Position numbers and translations under genes: made by a program. Positions 18,870 through 30,074 of a stretch of 64,000 nucleotides of DNA are shown piece by piece; the stretch's first letter is position 1; each line of letters begins with the position of its first letter. The DNA is taken from assembly GCA_963674965.2 (NCBI GenBank), contig CAXXFL010000006.1:512001-576000 (forward strand). The letters are read 5' to 3'. Below the pieces are notes generated by a model. The model saw nothing but the letters and a program-made list of their open reading frames with translations, ran no database searches and was not told where the DNA came from. This DNA comes from a bacterium. Lineage in GTDB: Bacteria; RBG-13-61-14; DATKZS01.

Positions 18870-21068
18870 ATGCGCGACTACGTGATAAAAAGGCTTCTCG
18901 CCATTATACCCACCATATTCGGGATCACCCTGATCACGTTCCTTATTATCAACCTGGCGCCGGGAAACCCGGCCGAGCTTAAAATCCGAAAGGCCCAGGG
19001 CGGAGAGCTCGATCCCCAGTTCGCCGCCGAGATCATCGAGCAGACCAGGAAGCTCTACGGTCTGGACAAGCCGCTGGGCCGGCGCTACCTGATCTGGGTG
19101 GGCCAGATACTGACCCTGGACTTCGGGGAGTCCTATAAGGACCACAGGCCCGTGACGGACAAGATACTCGAGCGCGTGCCCGTGTCCCTCCAGCTCTCCA
19201 TCATCAGCATTTTCCTGGTCTATCTTCTGGCCATACCAATCGGGGTATTCAGCGCGGTCAAGCAGGAAACCATGGCCGACCGGGCGCTCACGGTCTTTCT
19301 TTTCATCTTGTACAGTCTGCCCAACTTCTGGGTGGCCATGATGCTGATTACCTTCCTCGGGGGCGGTGACTTCCTGGACCTCTTCCCCATTTACGGGCTT
19401 TCCAGCGACGGGGCCGAGGCCCTGCCCTTGCTCGGCCGACTCCTCGACCGCGCTCACCACCTCGTGCTGCCCGTGGCCTGCCTGACTTACGGCGGGCTGG
19501 CCTACATCAGCCGCCAGATGCGCGGCTCCATGCTCGAGGTCATCAGGCAGGACTACGTGCGCACGGCCCGGGCCAAGGGCCTTTCGGAAAAAGTGGTGGT
19601 CGGCAAGCACGCCTTTCGCAACTCTCTCATACCCATCGTCACGCTGCTGGCGGTGCTGTTCCCTGCCCTGATCGGGGGATCGGTCATCATCGAGGAAATC
19701 TTTTCCATCCCCGGCATGGGCAAGATGAGCTTCGAGGCCATCCTGTCCCGCGACTATCCCGTCATCATGGGCGTCATTACGGTTTCCTCCATTTTGACGC
19801 TCATCGGGATACTGGTGGCCGACCTCGTCTACACCCTGGTCGACCCCAGGATAGACTTCTCCGGCGCCCCCGTCATGATCAAGCCGAAAAGCTTCCTCAT
19901 CGGATTGGCCGTTGTCGCGACCATTGTCCTGGCCGCCCTCTGGGCCCCAACGGCCGAGGTGGGACTGGGGTCCCTTATCCTCCTCCACGGAAAAAAGGCG
20001 GCCCTTATAATCCTGGCCGCCTCCGCCGCCATAGTGGCCTATTCTCTTATCGGAGACAGGGGCTACTGGGCCTCCGTGTTCAGGCAGTTTCGGCGGGGCA
20101 AGGTCGCCATGGTCTCCCTTGGCGGAGTGCTGGCGCTCTTCCTGGTAGCGGCCCTGGCTCCCCTTTTGGCCAACGACAAGCCCCTGGTGATGAAGGTGGG
20201 CGGCGAATATTACTTCCCCGCCTTTCGCGACTACCTTCCCGAGAGGTCCCGCCATTACCGGGAGTTCGGCAATCGGGACATAGGCGAGATGGCCTCGGCC
20301 CTCGAGGGCGACGACTACGCCCTGTTTCCGCCCGTGGCCTGGGGACCATATCAGAACGACCTTGACGGCGTGCTGCAAGGCCCAAGTTCAAGGCACTTCC
20401 TCGGCGCCGACGGATCGGGAAGGGACGTCCTGGCCCGCATGATCCACGGCTCTCGCATAGCTTTGTCCGTGGGATTCGTGGCCGTGGGACTTTACGTTTT
20501 TATCGGGGTGGTCTTCGGGTCCCTGGCCGGATACTACGGGGGCTGGGTGGACGTCATCATCTCGCGTCTCATCGAGGTGATGATGTGCATCCCCACCTTC
20601 TTCCTTATCATCTCGGTGGTGGCTTTCCTCGATCCCAGCATCTATAACGTCATGGCCGCCATCGGTCTGGTGGGATGGACGGGCACGGCGCGGCTGGTGC
20701 GGGGCGAGTTCCTCAAGGTGAGGAACATGGAGTTCGTCGAGGCCTCGCGGGCCCTGGGCGCGAGGGACCCGCGCGTTATCTTCCGCCACGTGTTGCCCAA
20801 CGCCCTTACGCCCGTCCTGGTCATCGCCACCTTCGGCGTGGCCGACGCCATCCTGGTCGAGTCGTCCCTCAGCTTCCTGGGTTTCGGCGTCCAGCCGCCC
20901 ACCGCCAGTTGGGGGGACATTCTCAGCAAGGCCAGAAGTTATTACAACGTGGCCTGGTGGATTACGCTTTTTCCGGGCCTGGCCATCTTCTTCACCATCA
21001 CCACACTGAACCTGGTGGGGGAAGGATTGAGGGACGCTATTGACCCGAGACTCAAAGATAAAAGATAA
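18870..21068 (+). CDS. Fused OppB-OppC ABC permease
   Basis: OppB part (YVIKRLL...DYVRTARAKGL...DPRI) and OppC part (LGADGSGRD...EFVEASRALGA...GEGLRDAIDP) in one frame from ATG 18870 (732 aa). Confidence 0.88.
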   Translation: MRDYVIKRLLAIIPTIFGITLITFLIINLAPGNPAELKIRKAQGGELDPQFAAEIIEQTRKLYGLDKPLGRRYLIWVGQILTLDFGESYKDHRPVTDKILERVPVSLQLSIISIFLVYLLAIPIGVFSAVKQETMADRALTVFLFILYSLPNFWVAMMLITFLGGGDFLDLFPIYGLSSDGAEALPLLGRLLDRAHHLVLPVACLTYGGLAYISRQMRGSMLEVIRQDYVRTARAKGLSEKVVVGKHAFRNSLIPIVTLLAVLFPALIGGSVIIEEIFSIPGMGKMSFEAILSRDYPVIMGVITVSSILTLIGILVADLVYTLVDPRIDFSGAPVMIKPKSFLIGLAVVATIVLAALWAPTAEVGLGSLILLHGKKAALIILAASAAIVAYSLIGDRGYWASVFRQFRRGKVAMVSLGGVLALFLVAALAPLLANDKPLVMKVGGEYYFPAFRDYLPERSRHYREFGNRDIGEMASALEGDDYALFPPVAWGPYQNDLDGVLQGPSSRHFLGADGSGRDVLARMIHGSRIALSVGFVAVGLYVFIGVVFGSLAGYYGGWVDVIISRLIEVMMCIPTFFLIISVVAFLDPSIYNVMAAIGLVGWTGTARLVRGEFLKVRNMEFVEASRALGARDPRVIFRHVLPNALTPVLVIATFGVADAILVESSLSFLGFGVQPPTASWGDILSKARSYYNVAWWITLFPGLAIFFTITTLNLVGEGLRDAIDPRLKDKR

Positions 21069-21179
21069 TGGAGGACGTCCAATTAATGGCGACCGACGGG
21101 CGGCCGCGTGCTAGAATAAAAAAGGCGAGATATCGATCGATATCATCGCGGCCGGGACAGGGCACAAGGAGGAGTTCCC

Positions 21180-22304
21180 ATGGCGGACGATAAAGACAAA
21201 TTTGGCGAAGACTCGGCTTGGGCGCCGCCCGAGGTCGGACCGGACGAAACGTCCGACGAGATGGACATTATCAAGTCCGTCTTCTCCGCCGACGCGGAAG
21301 AGGAGTCCGCGGGCGGAGGCGTTTTCAGCCAGGACCTGTTCGGCGGCTCCGATCAGTCCGCTCCCGCCGGGGCGGACGAGTCGGCCCAGGAGATCGAGCC
21401 CATCATGACCGAGCCTTCTCCTCCCGAGGAAGCCGAGTCCGAGCCGTGCGCGGCTACGGAGGCCTCCGCTTCCCCCGAGGACGAAGTCGAGGAACCGGCC
21501 GATGAAGCCCCGCCGGAAAAGCAGGCCGCGGAGGCCGGCCCGGCCGAGGGCGTCAAGATCGTGACCGACGACGACCTGCGCGCCCTCTTCGAGGCCAGCT
21601 CTCCAGGCGCTCCGCGCCCTCCCGAGTCTCCTCTCCCCGAGGCCGCGGAAGAGATGGAAGACGAGATGGAAGGCGAGGCCGAGGAAAGCGCGCCTTCCCC
21701 CGAGCCACCAGCCGAGCCGGAGCCGGCGGAGCCTGAAGAGGTGGAAGAGCCCGAGTTTTCCGCTCCCGCCATGGCGCCCGTGGCGGCCGACGTCGAGGAG
21801 TTGGGTTTCGACATGGACGACTCCTCGTCGGGACAACTGGACGAGCCTCCCCCCCCGGCCGAGACCCGGGATGAGATGGATGAAATGGAAGAGGCGGTAC
21901 CCGAGGACGAGATAACCGAGGTATACGAGGAGGAGGAGCCTCCCCCGCCCGAGGAAACCTCCATCGAGGAGACCAAAGCCGAGGAAGATGACGAACAAGG
22001 ACCTCCGGCCGACTCCCCCAGCGTAAGCGATATATCGCCGGACGAGATAGTGGACAACCTCGAGTCCATGGCCCAGGTCGGCGAGATGACCGCCGTGGCC
22101 GCGGGCAAAAAGGGAGAGCTGCTGGACAAGACCAAGGACCTTATTACCAGGCTGGCCCCCGCCGGTGACGACTTCATGAGCGTGGCCGAGCTTAAAAAGC
22201 TCTTCGAGAACATGAACGTCATCATCGAGTGGGCCAAGGAGATGAACGAGCGTCTGGAGGCGATCGAGGAGCGCCTGTCCCGGGCGGAGGGGAAGGAAGA
22301 TTGA
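21180..22304 (+). CDS. Highly acidic Glu/Asp/Pro-rich protein with a helical/coiled-coil C-terminus
   Basis: AGGAGGAG RBS; low-complexity E/D/P/A middle; stop overlaps the next start (TGATG). Confidence 0.75.
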   Translation: MADDKDKFGEDSAWAPPEVGPDETSDEMDIIKSVFSADAEEESAGGGVFSQDLFGGSDQSAPAGADESAQEIEPIMTEPSPPEEAESEPCAATEASASPEDEVEEPADEAPPEKQAAEAGPAEGVKIVTDDDLRALFEASSPGAPRPPESPLPEAAEEMEDEMEGEAEESAPSPEPPAEPEPAEPEEVEEPEFSAPAMAPVAADVEELGFDMDDSSSGQLDEPPPPAETRDEMDEMEEAVPEDEITEVYEEEEPPPPEETSIEETKAEEDDEQGPPADSPSVSDISPDEIVDNLESMAQVGEMTAVAAGKKGELLDKTKDLITRLAPAGDDFMSVAELKKLFENMNVIIEWAKEMNERLEAIEERLSRAEGKED

Positions 22305-23320
22305 TGGCCGAGACGGCGAAAAAGCCCGAGGCGTCCTCATCCCCCCTCCTCGAGGTCGAGGACCTGGTGACGGAGTTCCGGACGGAGGAAGGCCTTCTCC
22401 GGGCGGTGGACGGCGTCTCGATCCGGATCGGCCGGGGAGGCAAGGTCGGGGTTATCGGCGAATCGGGCTGCGGCAAGAGCGTCACGGCCCTGTCCGTTCT
22501 TCGGCTGATCCCCGATCCTCCGGGCATGATCAGCTCGGGCCGTATCAGCTTCGACGGTCTCGATCTTCTTGGCCTTCCGCTCTCCAGGATGCGCTCGATC
22601 CGGGGCAACAGAATATCCATGATTTTCCAGGAGCCCATGAGTTCGCTCAACCCGGTTTTCACGGTGGGGGACCAGATCGGTGAGGCGATCCGTCTCCACC
22701 AGGGGAAGAGCCGCAAGGAGGCGCTCGAGCTTTCCATCGAGCTTCTGGGCAAGGTCGGCATCCCCGACCCGGAGCGGAGGGTCAAGGACTACCCGGGCAT
22801 GCTCTCGGGCGGCATGTGCCAGCGGGTCATGATCGCCATGGCCCTTAGCTGCCATCCCGAGCTTCTCATGGCGGACGAGCCCACCACGGCCCTGGACGTG
22901 ACCATCCAGGCGCAGATACTCGAGCTGATGCAGGAGTTGGTGGACGAGATGGACATGAGCCTCATGCTTATCACCCACGACCTGGGCGTGGTGGCCGAGA
23001 CGGTGGACTACGTGTACGTCATGTACACCGGCAAGGTGGTCGAGCAAACCGACGTCCGCTCGATTTTCCGCGAGCCTCTCCATCCTTACACCAGGGGACT
23101 CCTGGCGGGCCTGCCCGGAGCGGCGGGCGCCCCTTCCCAAAAGGGGGAGGCGAAAAGACGGCTCCGAGCCATTCCCGGCGTGGTCCCCAGTCCCCTTCAC
23201 CTGCCTGAAGGTTGCCCTTTCCAGGAACGGTGCGGACTAAGAAAGCCCCATTGCTCGGAGTCCATGCCCGAGCTCGAGGAGAAAAAACCCGGCCGGTTCG
23301 TCAGGTGTTTTGAAGTATAG
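22304..23320 (+). CDS. oppD: Oligopeptide ABC transporter ATP-binding protein
   Basis: [29 protein letters not shown] and C-terminal GCPF..RC. Confidence 0.9.
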   Translation: MAETAKKPEASSSPLLEVEDLVTEFRTEEGLLRAVDGVSIRIGRGGKVGVIGESGCGKSVTALSVLRLIPDPPGMISSGRISFDGLDLLGLPLSRMRSIRGNRISMIFQEPMSSLNPVFTVGDQIGEAIRLHQGKSRKEALELSIELLGKVGIPDPERRVKDYPGMLSGGMCQRVMIAMALSCHPELLMADEPTTALDVTIQAQILELMQELVDEMDMSLMLITHDLGVVAETVDYVYVMYTGKVVEQTDVRSIFREPLHPYTRGLLAGLPGAAGAPSQKGEAKRRLRAIPGVVPSPLHLPEGCPFQERCGLRKPHCSESMPELEEKKPGRFVRCFEV

Positions 23321-23337
23321 GAAATAATGCCCGCGCC

Positions 23338-25656
23338 TTAAGCCGTGCCGGAAGCAGCCGGTGAATTTTTGTCTCCATCCAGCGCCTCTCTTACTTTCCT
23401 GGACAGGGACTCGATGGTGAAGGGTTTTTGCAGGAGATGCACTCCCTCCTCGACCACCCCCAATTGCCCGATCACGTCGTCCGTATAGCCGGACATATAC
23501 AAAGATTTAAGGCCGGGAAAAGACTCTTTCAGCCTGACAATCAATTCGCTCCCGTTCATGTTGGGCATGATAACGTCGGTCAGGACCAGGTCGACCTTTC
23601 CGGCGTACCCCTTGGCCTTGAGCAGGGCGTCCTCCCCGTCCACCGCCTCGATCACCCCGTATCCCCTCATGGTCAGCATGCGCCTGGCCAGGGTCCGGAC
23701 CGCCCGGTCGTCCTCAACCAGCAGTATCGTCTCGTTTCCATCGGGGATTTCCTTTGCCAACTTTATGGTGGACTTTCTCGGCTCGGGCCGAGCCGCGGGG
23801 AAATAGATTTTAAAGGTCGTTCCAGCTCCGGGCTCGGAATCGACCTCGATAAATCCTCCGTTCTGCTTGGTGACCCCGTAGACGGTGGACAGCCCCAGTC
23901 CCGTTCCCTTTCCCATGGGCTTGGTGGAGAAGAAGGGCTCGAATATCCTTTGCCTGACCTCGGCGTCCATGCCCTGTCCGTTGTCGCTGACGGCTAGAAG
24001 AACGTAGTTCCCCGGGCCGGCTTCCTTGCCGGAGGCGAATTCCTCCGCGATTGAAGCGTTCATGGTCTCGATCACGAGCTTGCCGCCCTCGGGCATGGCG
24101 TCCCGGGCGTTGACCGCCAGGTTGACCAGTATCTGATCGATTTGTGCCGGGTCGGCCATGATTGCCCAAAGCGACTCCGCGGGCTTGAACTCGAGCCTTA
24201 CGTCCTCCCCTATGATCCTCTCGAGCATTTTCCTCGAAACCTCGAGCGACTCGTCGATCCTTATCAAGCGGGGCGATATTATCTGCTTCCTGCTGAAGGC
24301 GAGAAGCTGGTTGGTCAGACCGACCGCCCTTTCACCGGCCTTCCTGATTTCCTGGACGTCGGCGTAGAGGGGGTCGTCGGGCTTCAAGGCGGCCAGGGCC
24401 ATCTCGGAGTAGCCCGTTATTCCGGTGAGTATGTTATTGAAGTCGTGGGCCACGCCTCCCGCCAGGCGGCCGATGGCCTCCATCTTCTGGGACTGGATGA
24501 GCTGTTCCTCGAGGGACGCCCTCTCCTCCTCGGCTCGAATCCGCTCGGTCACGTCGCGGGTGACCCCCAGAATACCAGTTGCCTTTCCATCCTGGCCGTG
24601 AAGCATGGTCATGGTGACCTCGGCCCAGATGGTATGGCCGTCCTTATGGTACTGTTCCATGGTGAGGGTAACGGGCCGGTTCGGCTCTCTCAGGCCCTCC
24701 TCCTCCAGCTTCATCTCCCGCTCGAAAGCCTCCATGACCAGGCCAAAAGACTCGGGCGTCAGCATGTCCCGGGGCGTCTGGGACATGTGCTCCTTTACCG
24801 TGTAGCCTCTGAGCGCGAGGCATGAGGGACTGATATAGGTGAAATTGAGCCCGAGGTCCATTGTCCAGATCACGTCGGAGGCGTTCTCGGCCAGGCGGCG
24901 ATACCTCTCCTCGCTGTCGCGCAGGGCCAGCTCCGACTCCTTGCGCTCGGTGATGTTCCGGACGATGGCCAGTATGCGTTCACGGCCGCCTATGGCCGCC
25001 ATCTTGAGGTTGACCTCGCCCCAGAAGGCGTTCCCCTCCCGATCCTTGCAGCGCCACTCGAAGATTTGAGGCTCGCCCGCGGCCGCCTTCAGGATCAACT
25101 CGACCGCCCGCGTCTGATTGAAGGGAGGCCGGCCCTCGCTTAGGTCCTCGACCTTCATCTGGGTAGCTTCATCCCTCGTGCACTTGAACATATCGCACAT
25201 GCTTTGGTTCACGTCCAGGATGTCGCCCGTTTCCATATCGTGGATGAAGATGGCGTCGTTAACCGAATTGAAAATGGAGTAATAGGAGTCGCTGAACTCG
25301 ACGGCCGAGCCATCCGTCTCGCGCGCGGGCTTTATCGTCACCAGGCGCCCGCCTGGGCCGGGAGCGGAGTCAAGGGGTGAGGCCGTCAGACGGCGGGAAA
25401 AGTCGCGGCCGGCAAAGCGAAAAACGACGTTTCCTTTCCACTTGCCCTTGGATTCGACAATCTCTCGCCATATGGACGGGTCTAAGAAAAATCTCGAAAT
25501 ATCCAGGCCCGCCGCATGGTCCTCCTCGCCCAGCCCAAGCGCGTCGAGAGCGGCCCCGTTAATACATATCAAGCGGCCGCCGGGGCCGATGACCATCGCC
25601 GCGTCGTCCAGCGCGTTTAAGAGAGATTGTATAACGCGAAAAGAGCCGGTTTCCAT
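23338..25656 (-). CDS. PAS-domain hybrid sensor histidine kinase/response regulator
   Basis: PAS/PAC repeats; AHDFNN H-box, NARDAM, DNGQG and GTGLGL; C-terminal receiver LLVEDD...LTDVIMP...QKPF. Confidence 0.92.
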   Translation of the reverse strand: METGSFRVIQSLLNALDDAAMVIGPGGRLICINGAALDALGLGEEDHAAGLDISRFFLDPSIWREIVESKGKWKGNVVFRFAGRDFSRRLTASPLDSAPGPGGRLVTIKPARETDGSAVEFSDSYYSIFNSVNDAIFIHDMETGDILDVNQSMCDMFKCTRDEATQMKVEDLSEGRPPFNQTRAVELILKAAAGEPQIFEWRCKDREGNAFWGEVNLKMAAIGGRERILAIVRNITERKESELALRDSEERYRRLAENASDVIWTMDLGLNFTYISPSCLALRGYTVKEHMSQTPRDMLTPESFGLVMEAFEREMKLEEEGLREPNRPVTLTMEQYHKDGHTIWAEVTMTMLHGQDGKATGILGVTRDVTERIRAEEERASLEEQLIQSQKMEAIGRLAGGVAHDFNNILTGITGYSEMALAALKPDDPLYADVQEIRKAGERAVGLTNQLLAFSRKQIISPRLIRIDESLEVSRKMLERIIGEDVRLEFKPAESLWAIMADPAQIDQILVNLAVNARDAMPEGGKLVIETMNASIAEEFASGKEAGPGNYVLLAVSDNGQGMDAEVRQRIFEPFFSTKPMGKGTGLGLSTVYGVTKQNGGFIEVDSEPGAGTTFKIYFPAARPEPRKSTIKLAKEIPDGNETILLVEDDRAVRTLARRMLTMRGYGVIEAVDGEDALLKAKGYAGKVDLVLTDVIMPNMNGSELIVRLKESFPGLKSLYMSGYTDDVIGQLGVVEEGVHLLQKPFTIESLSRKVREALDGDKNSPAASGTA

Positions 25657-25896
25657 GAGGGCGTCCCTTTAAGTTCGCCAATATAATCGACGAGGAAGAT
25701 ACTCCCGCCTCGCGGGCGTGGATGTGATACTCGATGGGCGGACTTGGCGGGTAAAGGCCTCGAGGACGCTCCCCATTCCTCCATCCAAGGAGCAAGACGC
25801 CGGGCCAAGGCTCGGACGGCTTCATCTTTTAAGGTAGCATCGATAACCCGAGGCGCAAAGGAGATTTATTCGCGGTAATTGTTCTTGCGTCGGCGG

Positions 25897-26940
25897 TCAT
25901 GGCCGCAACGGCGGCGATAAAAGTCCCTCAGTCTCGGGAAGTCCCAGCATGAGGTTCATGTTCTGGACGGCCGCTCCCGAGGCGCCTTTCACCAGGTTGT
26001 CGATGGCCGTGACCACGATGGCCTCCTTGCCGTCGGGCGACGCGGTGACGGCCAGGTCCACGAAGTTGGTCCCCCTCACGCGGGAGACGCAAGGCAGGTC
26101 TCCCACCGGGAGCACCCGTACGAAGGGCTCGTCCAGGTAGGCCTCGGCCAGGACTTCCCGGAGGGCGGAGCTCGATAGTTTTTTCGTCAGGGCCAGATAG
26201 ATGGTCCCCAGTATGCCCCGGTTCATGGGGGCCAGGTGGGGGCTGAAGGTCACGCTCGCCTTCTTGCCCAGGGCGGCGGAAAGCTCCTGCTCCATCTCGG
26301 GACCGTGGCGGTGAGCGTAAAGGTTATAGGCGCGAAAGGCCTCGTTGACCTCGCAAAAGGAAAGGGCCAGCGTGCCCTTCCGGCCCGCGCCGGAAACTCC
26401 GGACTTCATGTCCGCGATGATCCGGCCGGGGCCGGCGACCCCCGCGGACAAAAGCGGCGCTACCCCGAGGATGACGCCGGTGGGATAACATCCAGGGTTC
26501 GCCACCAGTTGGGCCTTTTTGATTTTTTCCCTGTATAGCTCGGGCAGGCCGTAAACGGCCTTTTTTAAAAGGTCTCCCCTCGAGTGCGGCCCGTACCATT
26601 TTTCATAAACCTTCTTCACCCTCAGGCGGAAGTCGGCGGAAAGGTCCACCGCCTTCACGCCCAGGTCGTGGGCCTTGCCCACGGCTTCCATGCTCTCGGC
26701 GTGGGGCAGGCAGAAAAAGGCCAGGTCCACGCTCCTCAGCCTGGCGGGATCGTACTGAGTGAGCGTGGGCAGATCGTATCCTTTGAAGCTGGGAAACAGG
26801 TCCGCGTAGGCCTCGCCGGTGTTTTGCCGCGAGGTCATGATAGAAATCCTGGCCGACGGATGAACGGCCAGTATCCGCGTCAGTTCCTGTCCGGTGTATC
26901 CCGTGGCGCCCACTATGGCCAGTTTTTTCTTCTCGCCCAT
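25897..26940 (-). CDS. argC: N-acetyl-gamma-glutamyl-phosphate reductase
   Basis: GATGYTG, DLSADFRL, ANPGCYPT, SGVSGAGR and DNLVKGASG. Confidence 0.96.
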   Translation of the reverse strand: MGEKKKLAIVGATGYTGQELTRILAVHPSARISIMTSRQNTGEAYADLFPSFKGYDLPTLTQYDPARLRSVDLAFFCLPHAESMEAVGKAHDLGVKAVDLSADFRLRVKKVYEKWYGPHSRGDLLKKAVYGLPELYREKIKKAQLVANPGCYPTGVILGVAPLLSAGVAGPGRIIADMKSGVSGAGRKGTLALSFCEVNEAFRAYNLYAHRHGPEMEQELSAALGKKASVTFSPHLAPMNRGILGTIYLALTKKLSSSALREVLAEAYLDEPFVRVLPVGDLPCVSRVRGTNFVDLAVTASPDGKEAIVVTAIDNLVKGASGAAVQNMNLMLGLPETEGLLSPPLRP

Positions 26941-27030
26941 TTATCTCTCCAGGCTAAGCGGCGCCGCCGGCAAGCCGGCGACGCCTTGGTCTATCGATTC
27001 CGGGTCGGATACCTCCGTCCCTTTTTCATC

Positions 27031-27624
27031 TCACGCCCTTGGTATGACGTATCCGCAGTAGTCGCACTTCCAGTAGGTTTTTCCCACTCTCATGTAGACC
27101 ACTCCCAGGACGGCGGCGGCGGCGGCGGGTATAAACAGGGTCCAAATCCAGAGTCCGGCGACGGCCAGGACCGCTCCCAGCCCGAGCAGCGCGAAGGGCC
27201 AGGCCCTCGAGTAGGGCATGGACCTTTGCACCTCCATCGCGCCTCCGCACTGGACGCAACGGATGGACCTCGCCTTCTCACCCCGCGTCCCGTATTCCTC
27301 CCGCGTCTCCTCCCCATCATCCGAAACCACCGTGACCAAGGGAGCCTGGATCTCCTGCCTGCGGCGCTGATCTTGCTTTAATTGCTCGGATTCCTGGCCC
27401 TCGTTCTTCTTTCTCCTCCCCCTTGGCTCGATCTCCTCGCGTTTTGGGGCCTTTTGAGACCTCTCCAGCATCCTGGATTTCAATCTCTCCGCGGCCGAGG
27501 TCTGGCTGACGTCCTCCGCCAGGACCACCCTCGACCTGGGTTCCATGGTTTTAAGGTCGATCTCGCACCGGCGGCATACCTGCTCGCCGGGGGGATGGAC
27601 CAGGTTGCATCGCGGGCAGTTCAT
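27031..27624 (-). CDS. Hypothetical zinc-ribbon membrane protein
   Basis: N-terminal CPRC...CRRC; C-terminal CVQC, hydrophobic hairpin, then CDYC; directly downstream of the PilZ gene. Confidence 0.65.
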   Translation of the reverse strand: MNCPRCNLVHPPGEQVCRRCEIDLKTMEPRSRVVLAEDVSQTSAAERLKSRMLERSQKAPKREEIEPRGRRKKNEGQESEQLKQDQRRRQEIQAPLVTVVSDDGEETREEYGTRGEKARSIRCVQCGGAMEVQRSMPYSRAWPFALLGLGAVLAVAGLWIWTLFIPAAAAAVLGVVYMRVGKTYWKCDYCGYVIPRA

Positions 27625-27633
27625 GCGCCTTGG

Positions 27634-27993
27634 TTACTCCCCGCCCTTGTTTCTGGCGTTGGCCTGCCAGAGCGAGTCGATAAGGTCCCTGTCCTCGTCG
27701 GACAGCGCGTCGAACTCGATGCCCATGCCCGCGGGTTCCTGCTCGTCCTCACCGGGAAAGATGACCCGAGCGACCTGGCCCGTGGTCTTGAAGGGTTTAT
27801 CCAGTCCGGGTATCTCGAACTCGATCTCGACCCTCGAGCCCCTGGCCAGGGGACGCCTGGTCTTGATGAACATGCCCCCGTGACTGACGTTCAGGGCGTA
27901 GTCGTAGAAAAAAGCGTCCAGGCTGTGGTACTTGACCTGCATGGAGATGGGCTTTCTCTCGTGCCTCCTGCGCTCCCTGCCAGAATATTTCAT
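27634..27993 (-). CDS. PilZ-domain protein (TIGR02266-like)
   Basis: ERRRHER (RxxxR), NVSHGGMFI (D/NxSxxG) and GMGIEF. Confidence 0.85.
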   Translation of the reverse strand: MKYSGRERRRHERKPISMQVKYHSLDAFFYDYALNVSHGGMFIKTRRPLARGSRVEIEFEIPGLDKPFKTTGQVARVIFPGEDEQEPAGMGIEFDALSDEDRDLIDSLWQANARNKGGE

Positions 27994-28068
27994 GCAACTT
28001 CTCCTTTTTCCACGTCTCCGACCGTCGATGAACGGCCGCGGGCCAAAACCAGCGGCCGAGTCCGCTTA

Positions 28069-29904
28069 TTAGGTGAAGCTCTCCTCGGCGATGTCGAGGG
28101 GAGACGTCTCGTCCGCCATCACCTCGGCCGCCTTGCCCGGCATGTTGGCCAGGTAAGAGCCGATGAAATAACGGGCCGACTGGACCTTGCCGTCCAGATA
28201 GGCCGCCTCGTTGTTCTCCTTGACGATGACCGCCTTGTCGCCGCCGCCCACCAGCTCGGCCAGAAGCTTCTCGGCGATCGAGGCCTGCCAAAGCAGCATC
28301 CATCCCGCCAGGACGTCTCCCACCATGTAGAGTAGGGGCGTGGCGTTAAGGAAGCCCAGCATAAAGTCCTTGCTCCCGGCCTTGCCCGTCACGTTCTTGA
28401 CCGCCTTGATCATTTCCGAGCGGGCGGCCTCGAGTTTCTCCGCGTACGGGCCAAGGGCCGCGCTGGCCTTGGCCTCCGCCAGCGACTCGTCCATCTTGGC
28501 CATGAGGGCCTCGAAAACCTTGCCGCCCGCCATGGGAAGCTTGCGCCCGAGAAGGTCCATGGCCTGGATGCCGGTGGTACCCTCGTAAAGGCTGGTGATC
28601 TTACAGTCGCGGGCCAATTGCTCGACGCGGTACTCGGAGCAGAAGCCGTAGCCGCCGTGCACCTGGATGGCCTGCTCGGTCACGCGGTACGACATGTCCG
28701 ACCCGTAGGCCTTGACGACGGGCGTGAGAAGCTCGACCAGGCCGGACCACAGCTTCTTCTCGTCGCCCTCCGCCACGTGGGCCATGTCGATGCACATTCC
28801 GGTGTAGTAGTTCATGGCCCTCATGCCCTCGGTCATGGACTTCATCCACATGAGCATACGCCTTATGTCCGGATGCTGGATGATGGGCACGGGAGGAGCG
28901 TCGGGGTTCTTGCCCTGGGTGATGTGCCTCCCCTGCAGCCTCTCCCTCGAGTAGGCCTGGGCCAGCTGGTAGGCCGCCGAGGCGATGCCCATGGCCTGGG
29001 CCGCCACCAGGAGCCTCTCCTCATTCATCATGAGGAACATGATCTTAAGGCCCTCGCGGGCGTTGCCAAGCAGCTCTCCCACGCAATTTCCATCCTCGCC
29101 GAAAGCGAGTTGGCAGGTGGCCGAGGCCTTGATGCCCATCTTATGCTCGATGCCCAGACACTTGACGTCGTTGTTCTCGCCGATCGACCCGTCCTCCCCC
29201 ACGCGGTCGCGGGGCACGATGAAAATCGAGATGCCCTTGGGTCCGGCAGGGTCTCCCTCGATCCGGGCCAGAACCGGATGGATAACGTTGGGCCTCAAGT
29301 CGTGCTGGCCCGCGGTTATAAACGTTTTCGTTCCCACGATGTTGTAAAGTCCGTCGTCCCTGGGGATGGCCTTGGTTTTGAGGATGCCCAGGTCCGAGCC
29401 CGCGCCCGGCTCGGTCAGGCACATGGTCCCCGACCACTCGCCGGACCAAAGCCGCGAGAGGAAAAGCTCCTTTTGCCTGTCCGTGCCGTGGCTGTGGATC
29501 ATGACGCCCGCGCCGTGGGTCAGGTTAGGATAATTGGCGAAGGCCGTGTTCGAGCCGTGAAAGCACTCGTGGCAGGCCGTGCAAAGGGCCTCGGGAAGGC
29601 CCTGCCCACCGTCGTCCGGGGAATCGGAAGGCGTCAGCCAGCCGCCCTCCACGTACTGGTCGTAGGCGTCCTTAAAGCCCTCGGGCACGGTCACGATCCC
29701 TTCCTTCCAGACGGCCCCCTCCTCGTCGCCCTTCTGGTTGAGCGGCCAAAGAACGTTCTCCGCGAATTTTTCCGCCTCCGACATGACCATCTCGAAGACG
29801 TCCTTGTCATAGTCCGCGAACTTCTCGTACTTGTTAAGGTCCTGAATCTTGAGCTGGTCGAACAGGATAAACCTGCGATCCCTGTAATCACCTAGCTTGG
29901 TCAT
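28069..29904 (-). CDS. Acyl-CoA dehydrogenase (about 600-aa class)
   Basis: TMCLTEPGAGSD, EHKMGI, MMNEER, IQVHGGYG and LYEGTTGIQ. Confidence 0.93.
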   Translation of the reverse strand: MTKLGDYRDRRFILFDQLKIQDLNKYEKFADYDKDVFEMVMSEAEKFAENVLWPLNQKGDEEGAVWKEGIVTVPEGFKDAYDQYVEGGWLTPSDSPDDGGQGLPEALCTACHECFHGSNTAFANYPNLTHGAGVMIHSHGTDRQKELFLSRLWSGEWSGTMCLTEPGAGSDLGILKTKAIPRDDGLYNIVGTKTFITAGQHDLRPNVIHPVLARIEGDPAGPKGISIFIVPRDRVGEDGSIGENNDVKCLGIEHKMGIKASATCQLAFGEDGNCVGELLGNAREGLKIMFLMMNEERLLVAAQAMGIASAAYQLAQAYSRERLQGRHITQGKNPDAPPVPIIQHPDIRRMLMWMKSMTEGMRAMNYYTGMCIDMAHVAEGDEKKLWSGLVELLTPVVKAYGSDMSYRVTEQAIQVHGGYGFCSEYRVEQLARDCKITSLYEGTTGIQAMDLLGRKLPMAGGKVFEALMAKMDESLAEAKASAALGPYAEKLEAARSEMIKAVKNVTGKAGSKDFMLGFLNATPLLYMVGDVLAGWMLLWQASIAEKLLAELVGGGDKAVIVKENNEAAYLDGKVQSARYFIGSYLANMPGKAAEVMADETSPLDIAEESFT

Positions 29905-30074
29905 GTTTACTACTCCTTTTCCGACTGGTTGGCGGTCCCGGCGGACCGATTGGACATAATATCATGAAAACACCGGGGAGTTAACTTCACCTGTAACCCG
30001 AGGCCTGGGGCAAGGACCAATATATCTCGATAAGCGGCGTCTTTTCAAGACGAGACGGCAAAGGCCGTTAAAGG

